Shown here in pieces: positions 1 to 8,973 of a DNA stretch of 64,000 bases (positions are counted from its first letter, which is position 1; every line of letters starts with the position of its first letter). The notes beneath the pieces are model-generated. The model ran no database searches and was not told the origin of the DNA. It saw only the letters and a program-made list of their open reading frames with translations. The DNA lies in assembly GCA_002507245.1 (NCBI GenBank), contig DAZI01000065.1, positions 1,949 through 65,948 on the forward strand, in the 5' to 3' direction. The DNA is from Candidatus Bathyarchaeota archaeon UBA233. GTDB taxonomy: Archaea > Thermoproteota > Bathyarchaeia > Bathyarchaeales > UBA233. A program made the position numbers and the translations under genes.

Positions 1-147
1 TATGTTTTTGATCCTGTTTCAGGAAGAATTAGGGAGTATTTGCAGTTGCTTGTGAATGGGCGAAATGTAGTTTCGCTTGATGGGCTTGATACGGAATTGA
101 AGGATGGCGATATCTTTGCTATAATTCCCCCTGTTGGCGGCGGATAA
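1..147 (+). CDS. MoaD/ThiS-family ubiquitin-like small protein (SAMP-like), C-terminal fragment; 5' end lies outside the window
   Basis: Frame 1 reads ...LQLLVNGRNVVSLDGLDTELKDGDIFAIIPPVGGG with stop at 145-147. The VNG..GLDT.LKDGD...PPV.GG C-terminus is typical of archaeal MoaD/SAMP beta-grasp proteins. Confidence 0.6.
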   Translation, partial: YVFDPVSGRIREYLQLLVNGRNVVSLDGLDTELKDGDIFAIIPPVGGG

Positions 148-206
148 GTAGGTCTTAGGATATTTCCATTTTCGATATATTCTAAAACCCGGAATGTTTA
201 TATATT

Positions 207-227
207 AAGACGTAAGACGTAATACGT
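207..227. repeat. three tandem heptamers AAGACGT AAGACGT AATACGT between two TATA-like tracts
   Basis: Read directly from the sequence. Flanked by TTTATATATT (197-206) and TATATAGG (228-235). Confidence 0.6.
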
Positions 228-384
228 TATATAGGTGTAAACCATGCCGCCAAACAAGAACAACAGAAACGGAACAAAACTTCATCACCACTGGATAGCG
301 AACTGGATACGCATGCGAATGCTCTAGAACATTCCTTCTTTCCTTTTTGGTTGACAATGTAGAAAAAGAAGGGAGAAAATATTT

Positions 385-606
385 TCAGCGTCCCATAACC
401 TTGCGGACGGCTATCTCGATGTCTTCAGCCTTAACAGTTTTTCTTCCAGCATGCATAGCATAGTCAATTGCTTCTTTCGCAATTTTAATTCCTATTTCCT
501 CGAGAGCTTCAGCCAACTTTTTGGCAGCAGCTTCACTTACTCTATCAGCTCCAGCCTTTTTGCATATCCTATGCATGGGCGCTACGTGCAACTCTGATTG
601 AACCAT
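385..606 (-). CDS. archaeal histone (histone-fold, HMf type)
   Basis: 73 aa. ...[58 protein letters not shown] fits the archaeal histone-fold pattern. GGAGG lies 7 nt upstream of the ATG on the minus strand. Confidence 0.9.
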   Translation of the reverse strand: MVQSELHVAPMHRICKKAGADRVSEAAAKKLAEALEEIGIKIAKEAIDYAMHAGRKTVKAEDIEIAVRKVMGR

Positions 607-708
607 TCAAACGCCTCCGTAGCTTCTTTTCTTATTTCAAGCAATATTTAACGGTATCGCTCTAAATCGTGTCTAATCCCAATCCTTTGAGCCTCAATAT
701 TTTGATTT

Positions 709-1554
709 TTGAGGAAATTTATAAAAAGTAGAGTAGCCTCTATGTTCCTAAAAGTGAACTCAAAATTGAAGTTCGTGGACGCCCACATACATCTCTCGGA
801 TTCAGAGTACGCTAAAAAAATTGAAATGCTGTTGCATGAAGCGAATAAATCGAATGTAGTCGCTCTTGTTTCGAATTCTATGGATCTGCAGACAAGCCTG
901 GATAGTCTAAAACTCTCCGAAAAATATCCCATGCGGGTGTATGCTGCCTTGGGAATCCATCCATGGACAATAAATCATATGCTGCCAGAAGAAAGGCAAT
1001 CTATCGTCGAACTAATTCATAATCAAAGAAGCAACGAAAATTTCGTCGCGCTGGGCGAAATAGGCTTGGATGTTAAAAACCTCAAAAAGGAGGAGCTTAA
1101 CAAGCTTCAGCTTGAAGTTTTCCATGAAATGTTAGGCATAGCTGAAAAATTAGGCTTGCCTGTCATAGTACACTCACGAGGAACGACAGCTCAAGTAATA
1201 GAAATACTTCCATCCTTTAAGATTAAACGAGTTCTTCTTCACTGGTTCAGCTATCCCAAAAGTCTTTTACCCATAATCGTTGAACGCGGGTACTATATCA
1301 CTGAGGGCCCGCCTACTCTCTATTCGCATGGAATACGAGAAATAGTCAAGCAAATTCCGTTGGAAAACTTTTTGACAGAAACCGATGGGCCTGTAAGGTT
1401 TTTCCATGAACCTTTTAAAGGTAAGATGACCGTTCCGTCTTTTATTCCCTTGATCGTTAGGGCTGTTGCTGAAATCAAAGGTATGCAAACAAGGAAGGTA
1501 GCGGATCAAATATTTAAGAATTTCATGGACTTTTTTGGAATTAGTCTTCTTTAA
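709..1554 (+). CDS. TatD-family metal-dependent hydrolase/DNase
   Basis: FVDAHIHLSD N-terminal metal motif, then GLD, HSR, HWF and ETDGP motifs in TatD order. True start is uncertain: TTG 709, ATG 742 or GTG 754. A TTTATAAAAA box at about 717-726 argues for one of the later starts. Confidence 0.8.
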   Translation: MRKFIKSRVASMFLKVNSKLKFVDAHIHLSDSEYAKKIEMLLHEANKSNVVALVSNSMDLQTSLDSLKLSEKYPMRVYAALGIHPWTINHMLPEERQSIVELIHNQRSNENFVALGEIGLDVKNLKKEELNKLQLEVFHEMLGIAEKLGLPVIVHSRGTTAQVIEILPSFKIKRVLLHWFSYPKSLLPIIVERGYYITEGPPTLYSHGIREIVKQIPLENFLTETDGPVRFFHEPFKGKMTVPSFIPLIVRAVAEIKGMQTRKVADQIFKNFMDFFGISLL

Positions 1555-1670
1555 CCAAATTCCTTTTATCTAGGTTTATTTTTTCACATAGGTATACCCC
1601 TTTGCAACGCTGTAAAATAATACGCTAGAAGTATAAGAATAGGGTTGGGATTTGGGGGATGAATTGAAGC

Positions 1671-1886
1671 TTGGGAAAAGTGCGCACTGAACATATCAAA
1701 CGGATAGCAAGGGAGCTTGCGAATAGGTTTCCGAAAAAATTTTCGGAAGATTTCGAAGCTAATAAACGTTTGGTTGCCCTGCTTGTCCCAACTGCCACAA
1801 ATCGTGTGAGAAACAAGATTGCTGGGTATATAACCCATATGATTTCCGTATCTACTTCATCCCCGTCTTCTGAAGGGCACAAATAA
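1671..1886 (+). CDS. rps17e: 30S ribosomal protein S17e
   Basis: MGKVRTEHIKRIARELANRFPKKFSEDFEANKRLV... is the conserved S17e N-terminus. Confidence 0.85.
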   Translation: MGKVRTEHIKRIARELANRFPKKFSEDFEANKRLVALLVPTATNRVRNKIAGYITHMISVSTSSPSSEGHK

Positions 1887-1937
1887 TCCTTTATAAAACA
1901 CGAGGTTAAAGTTTCGTATACTCTAGGTGCGGCAAGC

Positions 1938-2312
1938 ATGATGAATCATTATCGAAAAAGCTGGGCTCTTCGCTACTTGAGGGAAGCTAAAGCTGAACTT
2001 TTGGCAGCTCGTAAAATGCCTTATATGGCTCCAAACCTCATAAGGGAAGCCGTTAGAAAAGCTCAAGTTGCAATATACTATAGTTTAGGTGAGCCAGTTT
2101 TCATCGAAAACATAGTGCAACAAGCAATGCAAGACGGGACACAAATGAGCGACCCTGTTTTAAAATGCCTGGTTGAAATTGAACGACTAGCTCAGCAAAT
2201 ATCTGAAGCTCCAGACATTAACCTGGAAAAAGCAGCTGAACAAGTGAGCAATCTAATCCAGATGGCCTCAGGCATAGTCGAAGCTTGTACGGGGGAGAAG
2301 AGCATCGAATAA
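1938..2312 (+). CDS. small all-alpha protein, HEPN/PaREP1-like (no Rx4-6H nuclease motif seen)
   Basis: 124 aa. LRYLREAKAELLAARKM...REAVRKAQVAIYYSLGEP resembles HEPN-type helices. AGGTG lies upstream of the ATG. First gene of a tight 4-gene cluster. Confidence 0.3.
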   Translation: MMNHYRKSWALRYLREAKAELLAARKMPYMAPNLIREAVRKAQVAIYYSLGEPVFIENIVQQAMQDGTQMSDPVLKCLVEIERLAQQISEAPDINLEKAAEQVSNLIQMASGIVEACTGEKSIE

Positions 2313-2335
2313 TTTTCTGACTGGGGTGAAAACTT

Positions 2336-3208
2336 GTGTCTTCATCATCCCTTTCCTATGTCATTAATCATGAAAAACTTGAACTAAAGATACGGCTTCT
2401 CAATCTTCAGGAACTTTTTATTCACGAGGAAATTATCCCAGAATTTTTGGAAAAACTGGTTCAAATTATAAGCATGGACGGATATATTAAACATCCAGTA
2501 ATTGTTGACTCTGACTCTTTAGTTGTGCTTGATGGAATGCATAGAATTGCAGCCCTAAAAAAACTTGGTTGCATTCGAATTCCAGCCTGCATGGTGGATT
2601 ATCAAAGTCCCTCTATCACTGTGGAATGCTGGTATCGAGTCTTAAAAGAAAATGTTTCCACTGACCATGTTCTTCAACTAGTTAATCAGATTGGTTTCAC
2701 CTTGGAAAGAGTTCATACAATAGATGTTAACGCGCTTGGAGTGCCCCCGATTTTCGCTGCCTTACAAACTATAAATGAATCTTTTCTGTTACTCTCTAAT
2801 TTCCAGAATGTTATGGAAGCCTATCAAGATGTGAAACGCTTAGAGGAAGCGCTGAAACGTTCTTCTCTAAAAATATGTCACGAAACTGAAAGGGATGCGT
2901 TCTTAAAGCTGAAGGAAGGTATGGTTAAAGCTGTACTTTTAACTCCAAAACTCTCAAAGAAAGCCATAGTAGAAACAGCTCTTTCCGGACAAGTTTTTGC
3001 ATATAAAGCAACACGACATATAATCCCCGCCAGACCATTACGTGTAAATGTTCCCCTCACTCTCCTTCAGGATGAAACCAAAACGTTGGAAGAAGCTAAC
3101 CAAGAGCTTATACATAGCTTGCAAGAGAAAAAGTTAAAGTATATGCCAGCTGGAAGCATAATTGAAGGGAGAAGATACGAGGAAGACGTCTACCTTTTTG
3201 AAGGATGA
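2336..3208 (+). CDS. ParB/sulfiredoxin-fold N-terminal domain protein of unknown function
   Basis: HPVIVDSDSLVVLDGMHRIAALKKLG matches the ParB-N/Srx DGxHR..A motif. GTG start is preceded by GGGGTGA. The stop overlaps the next start (ATGA at 3205-3208). Confidence 0.55.
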   Translation: MSSSSLSYVINHEKLELKIRLLNLQELFIHEEIIPEFLEKLVQIISMDGYIKHPVIVDSDSLVVLDGMHRIAALKKLGCIRIPACMVDYQSPSITVECWYRVLKENVSTDHVLQLVNQIGFTLERVHTIDVNALGVPPIFAALQTINESFLLLSNFQNVMEAYQDVKRLEEALKRSSLKICHETERDAFLKLKEGMVKAVLLTPKLSKKAIVETALSGQVFAYKATRHIIPARPLRVNVPLTLLQDETKTLEEANQELIHSLQEKKLKYMPAGSIIEGRRYEEDVYLFEG

Positions 3209-3510
3209 AAATGCCCAACAAAACGAAAATAAAGCTCAAACTGGTTGGCGTTCTGAGAAAACTTTACGGAAAGGAAAACTTTGAAATGGAATTCAATGAG
3301 GAAGTCGAAATACGCGATGTAATTCAGAAGCTTGCTTCCTCTTCAAACCAAGAATTTAAAAGGGCGCTTATTGATCCCGAGCTTCAAGACCCGCGTCCAA
3401 ACACGCTTATACTTGTTAACGGAAAAGAGATAGGCATCTTAAACGGATTGAAAACAAAGGTTAAGAATAACGACCAAATAGTTCTGATTTCCATATCCCA
3501 TGGTGGGTGA
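3205..3510 (+). CDS. MoaD/ThiS-family ubiquitin-like small protein (SAMP-like) with C-terminal Gly-Gly
   Basis: 101 aa ending ...LILVNGKEIGILNGLKTKVKNNDQIVLISISHGG then stop. Same architecture as the fragment at 1-147. Overlaps both neighbours. Confidence 0.65.
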   Translation: MKMPNKTKIKLKLVGVLRKLYGKENFEMEFNEEVEIRDVIQKLASSSNQEFKRALIDPELQDPRPNTLILVNGKEIGILNGLKTKVKNNDQIVLISISHGG

Positions 3511-4316
3511 AACACAAAGCTAAATATCCTCTATATGTTTCCTTCTCTAACATGCAGTTATACCCAATAAAAACTAAGCTTATAAAACCAGGAGAAAGTT
3601 TCGTTAAAATAATCTTAGATGCAATTGAAAAGCAGAGTGTCCGCTTAGATGACGGTGACGTGCTTGCCTTAGCCTCAAAAGCTGTGGCTACGGCAAACAA
3701 CCGCATAGCTAACCTGAAAAACATAGTTGCTTCTGAAGAAGCAAGAATAATAGCGAAAAACTTCGGTTTAACTCAAGAGTTTGCTCAGCTGTTAATGGAA
3801 GAGGCGGACAAAATTTATGGGGGCGTAAAGAAAGCAGTATTAACCCTAAAAAATGGGATGATGAACGTGAATTCTGGAATAGACAACAAAAACGCTCCAA
3901 AAGGGCATGTGGTCCTATTGCCTGAAGACCCAGACAAAGAAGCTGAGAAAATACGTAAAGAAATCGAAATGCAAACTGGCAAGAAAGTCGGTATCATAAT
4001 AGTTGACAGTGGAGTATATCCGCTTCGAATGGGAACTCGAGGCTTCGCAATAGCTGTTTCAGGATTTAAACCTGTAAAAGACTATAGACAACGCAAGGAC
4101 CTTTTTAAAAAGCCAATTGTCATAACCCGACATGCATTGGCTGATGACTTAGCCAGCGCGGCTCATTTCTTAATGGGCGAAGCCGACGAAAAAGTTCCAG
4201 CCGTCTTAATCAAGAACATTAATTTAACCCTCACTGAAGATGATGTTTCTAGAGATACACAAATTCCATCTAAAGAATGTGTTTTTGCAAATGCTTTCAA
4301 ACTAGAGAAATCCTAA
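3507..4316 (+). CDS. CofE-family (F420-0:gamma-glutamyl ligase fold) amide ligase homologue
   Basis: DGDVLALASKAVATANNRI, NSGIDNKNAP, LLPEDPDKEAEKIRKEI, VGIIIVDSG..RMGTRGFAIAVSG and ADDLASAAHFLMGEADE follow the CofE motif order. The GTG start overlaps the upstream stop (GTGA). ATG 3552 is an alternative start. Confidence 0.65.
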   Translation: MKHKAKYPLYVSFSNMQLYPIKTKLIKPGESFVKIILDAIEKQSVRLDDGDVLALASKAVATANNRIANLKNIVASEEARIIAKNFGLTQEFAQLLMEEADKIYGGVKKAVLTLKNGMMNVNSGIDNKNAPKGHVVLLPEDPDKEAEKIRKEIEMQTGKKVGIIIVDSGVYPLRMGTRGFAIAVSGFKPVKDYRQRKDLFKKPIVITRHALADDLASAAHFLMGEADEKVPAVLIKNINLTLTEDDVSRDTQIPSKECVFANAFKLEKS

Positions 4317-5021
4317 TCGTTTCAATGCTGTGTTTAAAGCAACACCAATTATGGTGGCCGAGACCCACATTATAAACCTCTCGACAGGGTATATCAACGC
4401 AAGACCTGCCCAACTAAACGGCAATGCTTCTTTCAGAGGAACAAAAAGTGGAAAATGAACAGTCACATACATTAACGAGCCGGCGAGATGTCCATAAAGA
4501 ATAGAAATAAAAACTACAATGGGAATCCCAAAATTACTATTTCTAATAGGTTTTTCCGTCTCTGAAATGGTGTTCACAGTCATAGGCAACAAAGGCGAAA
4601 CTAACACAACTAAACCTACAACGTGCAACCATACATAAAATGGGAAACTCCAAGCTGGACCATAACTCGGATAGAAAGCAAAGGCCAGAAGCAGGGAGAT
4701 ATAGGAAACAATGCAAATTCCTCTCCTTTGACGGTAAAGTATTCCGGAGCAGAATGCTGAGGCAATGCCAGCAGCTAAACTAGTGATGCTATAGCTCCCA
4801 TAGAATAAGGAAATAGCCCCTCCTAAGGCTACAGCCGCTATCCCTAATAAGGGGCCGAGAAATATCCCAATTAAAGGGGCTAAGATGCTAGCTACAGTTA
4901 TGAATCTGCCAGTGGCCCCAATGATCGGGAACAGAGTCCATGAAGAAGAGATTACATAACATGCCGCAAACGATGCTATTAATGTCAAACTTTTGGTGTT
5001 AAATCTGCTGTTTAGTCGCAT
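4302..5021 (-). CDS. polytopic membrane protein (about 6 TM; ECF S-component-like, unverified)
   Basis: 239 aa, hydrophobic throughout with Gly/Ala-rich helices. No recognisable catalytic motif. Confidence 0.35.
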   Translation of the reverse strand: MRLNSRFNTKSLTLIASFAACYVISSSWTLFPIIGATGRFITVASILAPLIGIFLGPLLGIAAVALGGAISLFYGSYSITSLAAGIASAFCSGILYRQRRGICIVSYISLLLAFAFYPSYGPAWSFPFYVWLHVVGLVVLVSPLLPMTVNTISETEKPIRNSNFGIPIVVFISILYGHLAGSLMYVTVHFPLFVPLKEALPFSWAGLALIYPVERFIMWVSATIIGVALNTALKRLGFL

Positions 5022-5132
5022 GGGGCTTCCTCCTCTGCTAATGAGGTTTGAGAAAATATCCTTTTGGTATAATAAGATTAACTCTAAAACAAGTAAGGAA
5101 TGCGTGCTCTAAGTTAAAAAAGTGGGGGGAGT

Positions 5133-6773
5133 TTAGAATTCTTCACCGAATTCAGGTTTTTCCTTTTCGCCTTCTTTCTTTTCTTTTTCCTCTTCTTTCA
5201 TGCCTTTTGCTGCGATTACGTCATCTATCTTCAGTATCATGCATGCTGCTTCAGTAGCCGATTTTATTACTTGCTGCTTTACTCGGAGGGGTTCTACCAC
5301 TTTAAGCTCTAGCATATCTCTGATTTTTCCGGTGAACACGTCAACACCATAGTTGGGGCTGGTAATGCCTTCGTGTTTGGCTCTGAGTTCGACCATTATG
5401 TCTATTGGGTCGAGTCCAGCGTTTTCAGCTAGCGTTAGAGGTACAGCTTCCACGGCCTCGGCAAAGGCTTCAATAGCTAATTGTTCTCGTCCACCCACTT
5501 TTACGGCGTATTCTCTTAGGTGTTTGGCAACCTCTGCTTCTGGAGCTCCTCCGCCGGCAACTATTTTCCTATCTTCAATGGCATTTCTAACAACGCAGAG
5601 GGCATCGTGAAGTGACCGTTCAGCTTCATCTACGACGTGTTCGGTTCCTCCACGGACCACTATTGTGACTGCTTTGGGATTTTTGCATTCACGTATGTAT
5701 ACGAGTTTATCCTCACCTATCTTCATTTCTTCAACTGTTTTGGCTTCACCTAACGTGTCAATGGTCAGATCTTTGATGCTGGCAACTATTTTGCCGCCTG
5801 TTGCTCTTGCTAGTTTTTCCATGTCCCCGCTACTTACATTTTTTACTGCTAGTATCCCTTTCTTGGCGAGGAAATGCAATGCAACGTCGTCGATGCCTTT
5901 TTGGCAAAACACAACGTTTGCTCCAACACTAGCTATTTTGTCGACCATCTCTCTGAGCATTCTTTCCTCTTCGTCAAGGAAAAGCTTCATCTGTTCTGGG
6001 TTTTCGATGTTGATTTTGGCATCGAATTCGGTTTTTTCAATTTCTAGTTTGGTGTTCAAAAGCGCTATTCTGGCATTTTCCACGAGTTTAGGCATCTGCG
6101 GATGGGCTACTTCTTTGTCAATCACCATACCCTTTACAAGTTCGGTTTCCTCAAGGCTTTTGCCGTGTTTCTTCAAGATTTTTATCAAGTCGATGTCAGC
6201 TTTGATTTTTCCGTTTTTCTCTTCCGCTACTTGCTTTACAGCTTGAACAGCTATTTTTGCGAAGTGTTCTTTTGCTACGGCTATCCCTTTGCTTCCCATG
6301 GAAGTCATGGCAACCTCTCTTAGTCTTTGCTCGTCTTCAAGGCTTACTGGAATAGCTATGCTCTCTAGGATTTCATGTGCCTTTTCAGCGGCTTTCTTGA
6401 AACCGTCGATTATCATTGTGGGGTGGACATTTTGGTCTAACAGTTTTTCAGCTTTGTCTAAAAGTTCGCCGGCAAGAATGACGGCAGTGGTTGTTCCATC
6501 GCCGACCTCGTTGTCTTGTGTTTTTGCTACTTCCACTAGCATCTTAGCTGCTGGGTGTTGAACATCTAGTTCCTTCATTATCGTGGCGCCATCGTTGGTT
6601 ATTGAAACGTCTCCGAAGCTGTTAACTAGCATTTTATCCATTCCGCGAGGGCCAAGCGTGGTTTTTATTGTTTCAGCTATAATCTTAGCTGCCATTATGT
6701 TGTTTCTTTGCGCCTCTTTTCCCGTTGTTCTACTTGTCCCTTCTTTCAACACCAAAACTGGAACTGTTGCCAT
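5133..6773 (-). CDS. ths: thermosome subunit (group II chaperonin)
   Basis: [26 protein letters not shown]..., GPRGMDKML and VGDGTTTAV motifs, with an acidic [12 protein letters not shown] tail. I place the start at ATG 6773 because GGAGGTGA lies 7 nt upstream. The ORF track extends to 6830. Confidence 0.92.
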   Translation of the reverse strand: MATVPVLVLKEGTSRTTGKEAQRNNIMAAKIIAETIKTTLGPRGMDKMLVNSFGDVSITNDGATIMKELDVQHPAAKMLVEVAKTQDNEVGDGTTTAVILAGELLDKAEKLLDQNVHPTMIIDGFKKAAEKAHEILESIAIPVSLEDEQRLREVAMTSMGSKGIAVAKEHFAKIAVQAVKQVAEEKNGKIKADIDLIKILKKHGKSLEETELVKGMVIDKEVAHPQMPKLVENARIALLNTKLEIEKTEFDAKINIENPEQMKLFLDEEERMLREMVDKIASVGANVVFCQKGIDDVALHFLAKKGILAVKNVSSGDMEKLARATGGKIVASIKDLTIDTLGEAKTVEEMKIGEDKLVYIRECKNPKAVTIVVRGGTEHVVDEAERSLHDALCVVRNAIEDRKIVAGGGAPEAEVAKHLREYAVKVGGREQLAIEAFAEAVEAVPLTLAENAGLDPIDIMVELRAKHEGITSPNYGVDVFTGKIRDMLELKVVEPLRVKQQVIKSATEAACMILKIDDVIAAKGMKEEEKEKKEGEKEKPEFGEEF

Positions 6774-7011
6774 TTCCAGCTCACCTCCGTGCACTTTGTT
6801 GCGCAAAGAGGTGAACCAATAATACGGCAAAATTTTTCCAAAAGACAGTTCTATTTAAACTTTTCTCATTTTTTAAGCACAAGCTCATGTTAAACTAGTA
6901 GTTAAAATGTTGTAAAAATCCGTAAGATTTCTTGTTAGATGAAAAAGGGGCTTTCGTTACCTTTTTTAATGTTACCGCATATTTCTAGTTGAAACAGTTA
7001 CTCACGTTTAA

Positions 7012-7683
7012 GTGGCGGGAGAGTCTTTGCTTCCAGCGGAAACTGATGAACGTGTGAAACGGCGTATGCTGAGTATATGTCAAGAACACCTACGGAAGGT
7101 TCTTAACCTTTCCCGAAAAATTCCTCAAATATTTGATTGCTTTTTTAGGGATGATTTAACTACGATCAGACGGCTTTATTCAGAGATTAGAAAAGAAGAG
7201 GAAGAAATTGACAATATTCGACGAATGGTTTCCAAGGAACTGGCCGAAGTTGGAGCTATTCTCACAAGCCGCGAGGACTTCTTAAGATTTACAAACCTTT
7301 CAAGCGAGATCGCTGATTTCTGTGAGGGAATTGCCTTCCGTGTTTTGGAACTTATGGAACACGACTGGAAGGTTCCTTCTGAAATTAAAAGGGATTTGAC
7401 TAAGCTTTCAGAAGCAGTCCTTGAAACTGTAACCCGCCTCAGGGAAACCTTGTTAGTTTTAACATACGGGTCCTCAGCGACGCTGCAAAAAGCACAAGAA
7501 GTGGAAATCGCTGAACGCGCTGTAGACGACCTTTACCGGGAGCTTGAAATTAAACTAATAAGCAAGGAAATAGATATCCCCGCCCTGATTCTGCTAAGGG
7601 ATATTCTCCAGCTTCTAGAGGACACCGCGGATAAGGCTGAAGATGCTTCAGATGCCGCTAGAATTCTATCTTTCATAATGTAA
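7012..7683 (+). CDS. DUF47/PhoU-like (TIGR00153-type) helical protein
   Basis: 223 aa, all-helical. The C-terminal LLRDILQLLEDTADKAEDASDAARIL is typical of the DUF47/PhoU_div family. Confidence 0.5.
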   Translation: MAGESLLPAETDERVKRRMLSICQEHLRKVLNLSRKIPQIFDCFFRDDLTTIRRLYSEIRKEEEEIDNIRRMVSKELAEVGAILTSREDFLRFTNLSSEIADFCEGIAFRVLELMEHDWKVPSEIKRDLTKLSEAVLETVTRLRETLLVLTYGSSATLQKAQEVEIAERAVDDLYRELEIKLISKEIDIPALILLRDILQLLEDTADKAEDASDAARILSFIM

Positions 7684-7695
7684 GACGGAAGAGAT

Positions 7696-8259
7696 GTGAA
7701 AATGCGAAGCTCTATAACCGCTGAATTTATCCAAAACTTTCTTGTAGTGTGGGATCCTTCTGAAGGTTCAGAACTTTACAAAAAAGGCTTCTACGGAAAA
7801 CCCTTAGGAATTCCGAAGCCAAAGACCCCTCAATTCAACGTCCCTCTAGTTCTTGACCTAATGGAAGGCTTGTACTTGGCTGAAAAACGCATAATTCACG
7901 TGGTGGAAGGCTCCAAGAAACGTCGAGTGAGTTTAGAAAAACTAAGGAAAACAGCCCGGAAACTCTATGAAGATTTTGACCAAAAATACATAGTTTATAA
8001 AGACTTACGCGAACATGGGCTTGTGGTTACTCCGGGGATAAAGTATGGCTGCGACTTTGCAGTATACAAACAGGGGCCAGGATTGGAACATGCGCCTTTT
8101 ATGGTTTCAGTTAAGAAATTAGCTGATGAAGTTACTGCAACTGAGATAGTCAAAGCTGGAAGGCTTGCTACAACCGTAAGAAAACGGTTCATAATAGCAA
8201 CTCCGGACACTCAAACGAAAAAAGTCAGCTATTTAATCTTCAAATGGTTTAAAGCTTAA
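7696..8259 (+). CDS. endA: tRNA-splicing endonuclease (EndA, catalytic-type subunit)
   Basis: 187 aa. YKDLREHGLVVTPGIKYGCDFAVYKQGPGLEHAPFMVSV matches the EndA catalytic domain, with Tyr/His and a downstream Lys. Confidence 0.8.
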   Translation: MKMRSSITAEFIQNFLVVWDPSEGSELYKKGFYGKPLGIPKPKTPQFNVPLVLDLMEGLYLAEKRIIHVVEGSKKRRVSLEKLRKTARKLYEDFDQKYIVYKDLREHGLVVTPGIKYGCDFAVYKQGPGLEHAPFMVSVKKLADEVTATEIVKAGRLATTVRKRFIIATPDTQTKKVSYLIFKWFKA

Positions 8260-8460
8260 TTTCATTGGTTTTTCTATTCAACAATTGAGTTTTTAAAGAC
8301 TTATTTTTCACTCAGAATTATGACTTAAAGCAATAACCCGCGAAAAATACGATGAGTTTCTATCTTAATTCCAATAAGAGATTTAAATTCTAGTCTTCCT
8401 ATAAATATTAATAGGAACACTAAAGAGGGCGAAAAGAAGTTAACTCTGAGGAAACATGAA

Positions 8461-8973
8461 ATGTTCTCCTTGATTGATGACAAGACTCTCATAAAAGTCG
8501 CAGCTTCGCTTGGAGATGAGGACGCCATAAAAATAGTGGAGATCCTAAAGAATTCTGGTGAAATCACAGACGATCAAATAGCCAACAAAACTGGAATCCG
8601 CCTCAACACTGTCAGGAAAATACTCTATAACCTATATAACCACTCACTTGTAAGCTTGAGGAGAACAAGAGATGAAAAAACAGGCTGGTTCATTTTTCAT
8701 TGGAAACTCCAACCCGACCAATTAGAAGGGTTTATACTAAGCCAAAAACGCCGAGTTTTGGAAAAACTTCAAACCAGACTTGAATATGAGAAAACTCATG
8801 ACTTCTACTATTGCTGTACACCAGGCTGCAAACGTATACCTTTCGAAGACGCTGTAGAACTTGTGTTTCGCTGCCCAATATGTAACAAACCGCTAATGCA
8901 CTATGATAACACAAAAATAGTGGAGATCTTAACTCAGAAAGTTCAACAGCTGAGGAAGGAACTCAGTGAATGA
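8461..8973 (+). CDS. tfe: transcription factor E (TFE alpha)
   Basis: N-terminal winged helix (ITDDQIANKTGIRLNTVRKILYNLYNHSLV) followed by a Zn ribbon (CTPGC...CPICNKPL). Confidence 0.8.
   Translation: MFSLIDDKTLIKVAASLGDEDAIKIVEILKNSGEITDDQIANKTGIRLNTVRKILYNLYNHSLVSLRRTRDEKTGWFIFHWKLQPDQLEGFILSQKRRVLEKLQTRLEYEKTHDFYYCCTPGCKRIPFEDAVELVFRCPICNKPLMHYDNTKIVEILTQKVQQLRKELSE

Noticed and set aside
648-932. 94-aa minus-strand ORF overlapping the 5' part of tatD and the histone promoter region
   Set aside because: It overlaps a supported gene in antisense. The histone-tatD spacer is better explained as a divergent promoter.
1584-1939. Two minus-strand ORFs (84 and 104 aa) overlapping rps17e
   Set aside because: They are antisense to a conserved ribosomal protein gene and have no recognisable features.
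1938-2312. HEPN toxin of a HEPN-MNT toxin-antitoxin pair
   Set aside because: No Rx4-6H catalytic motif and no adjacent minimal nucleotidyltransferase. The gene appears to belong to the downstream 4-gene operon instead.
5353-6822. Series of plus-strand ORFs (5353-5610, 5665-6246, 6289-6561, 6583-6822 and others) opposite the thermosome gene
   Set aside because: They are Ser/Ala/Leu-rich low-complexity shadow ORFs lying antisense to a very well supported gene. They have no motifs and no start context.
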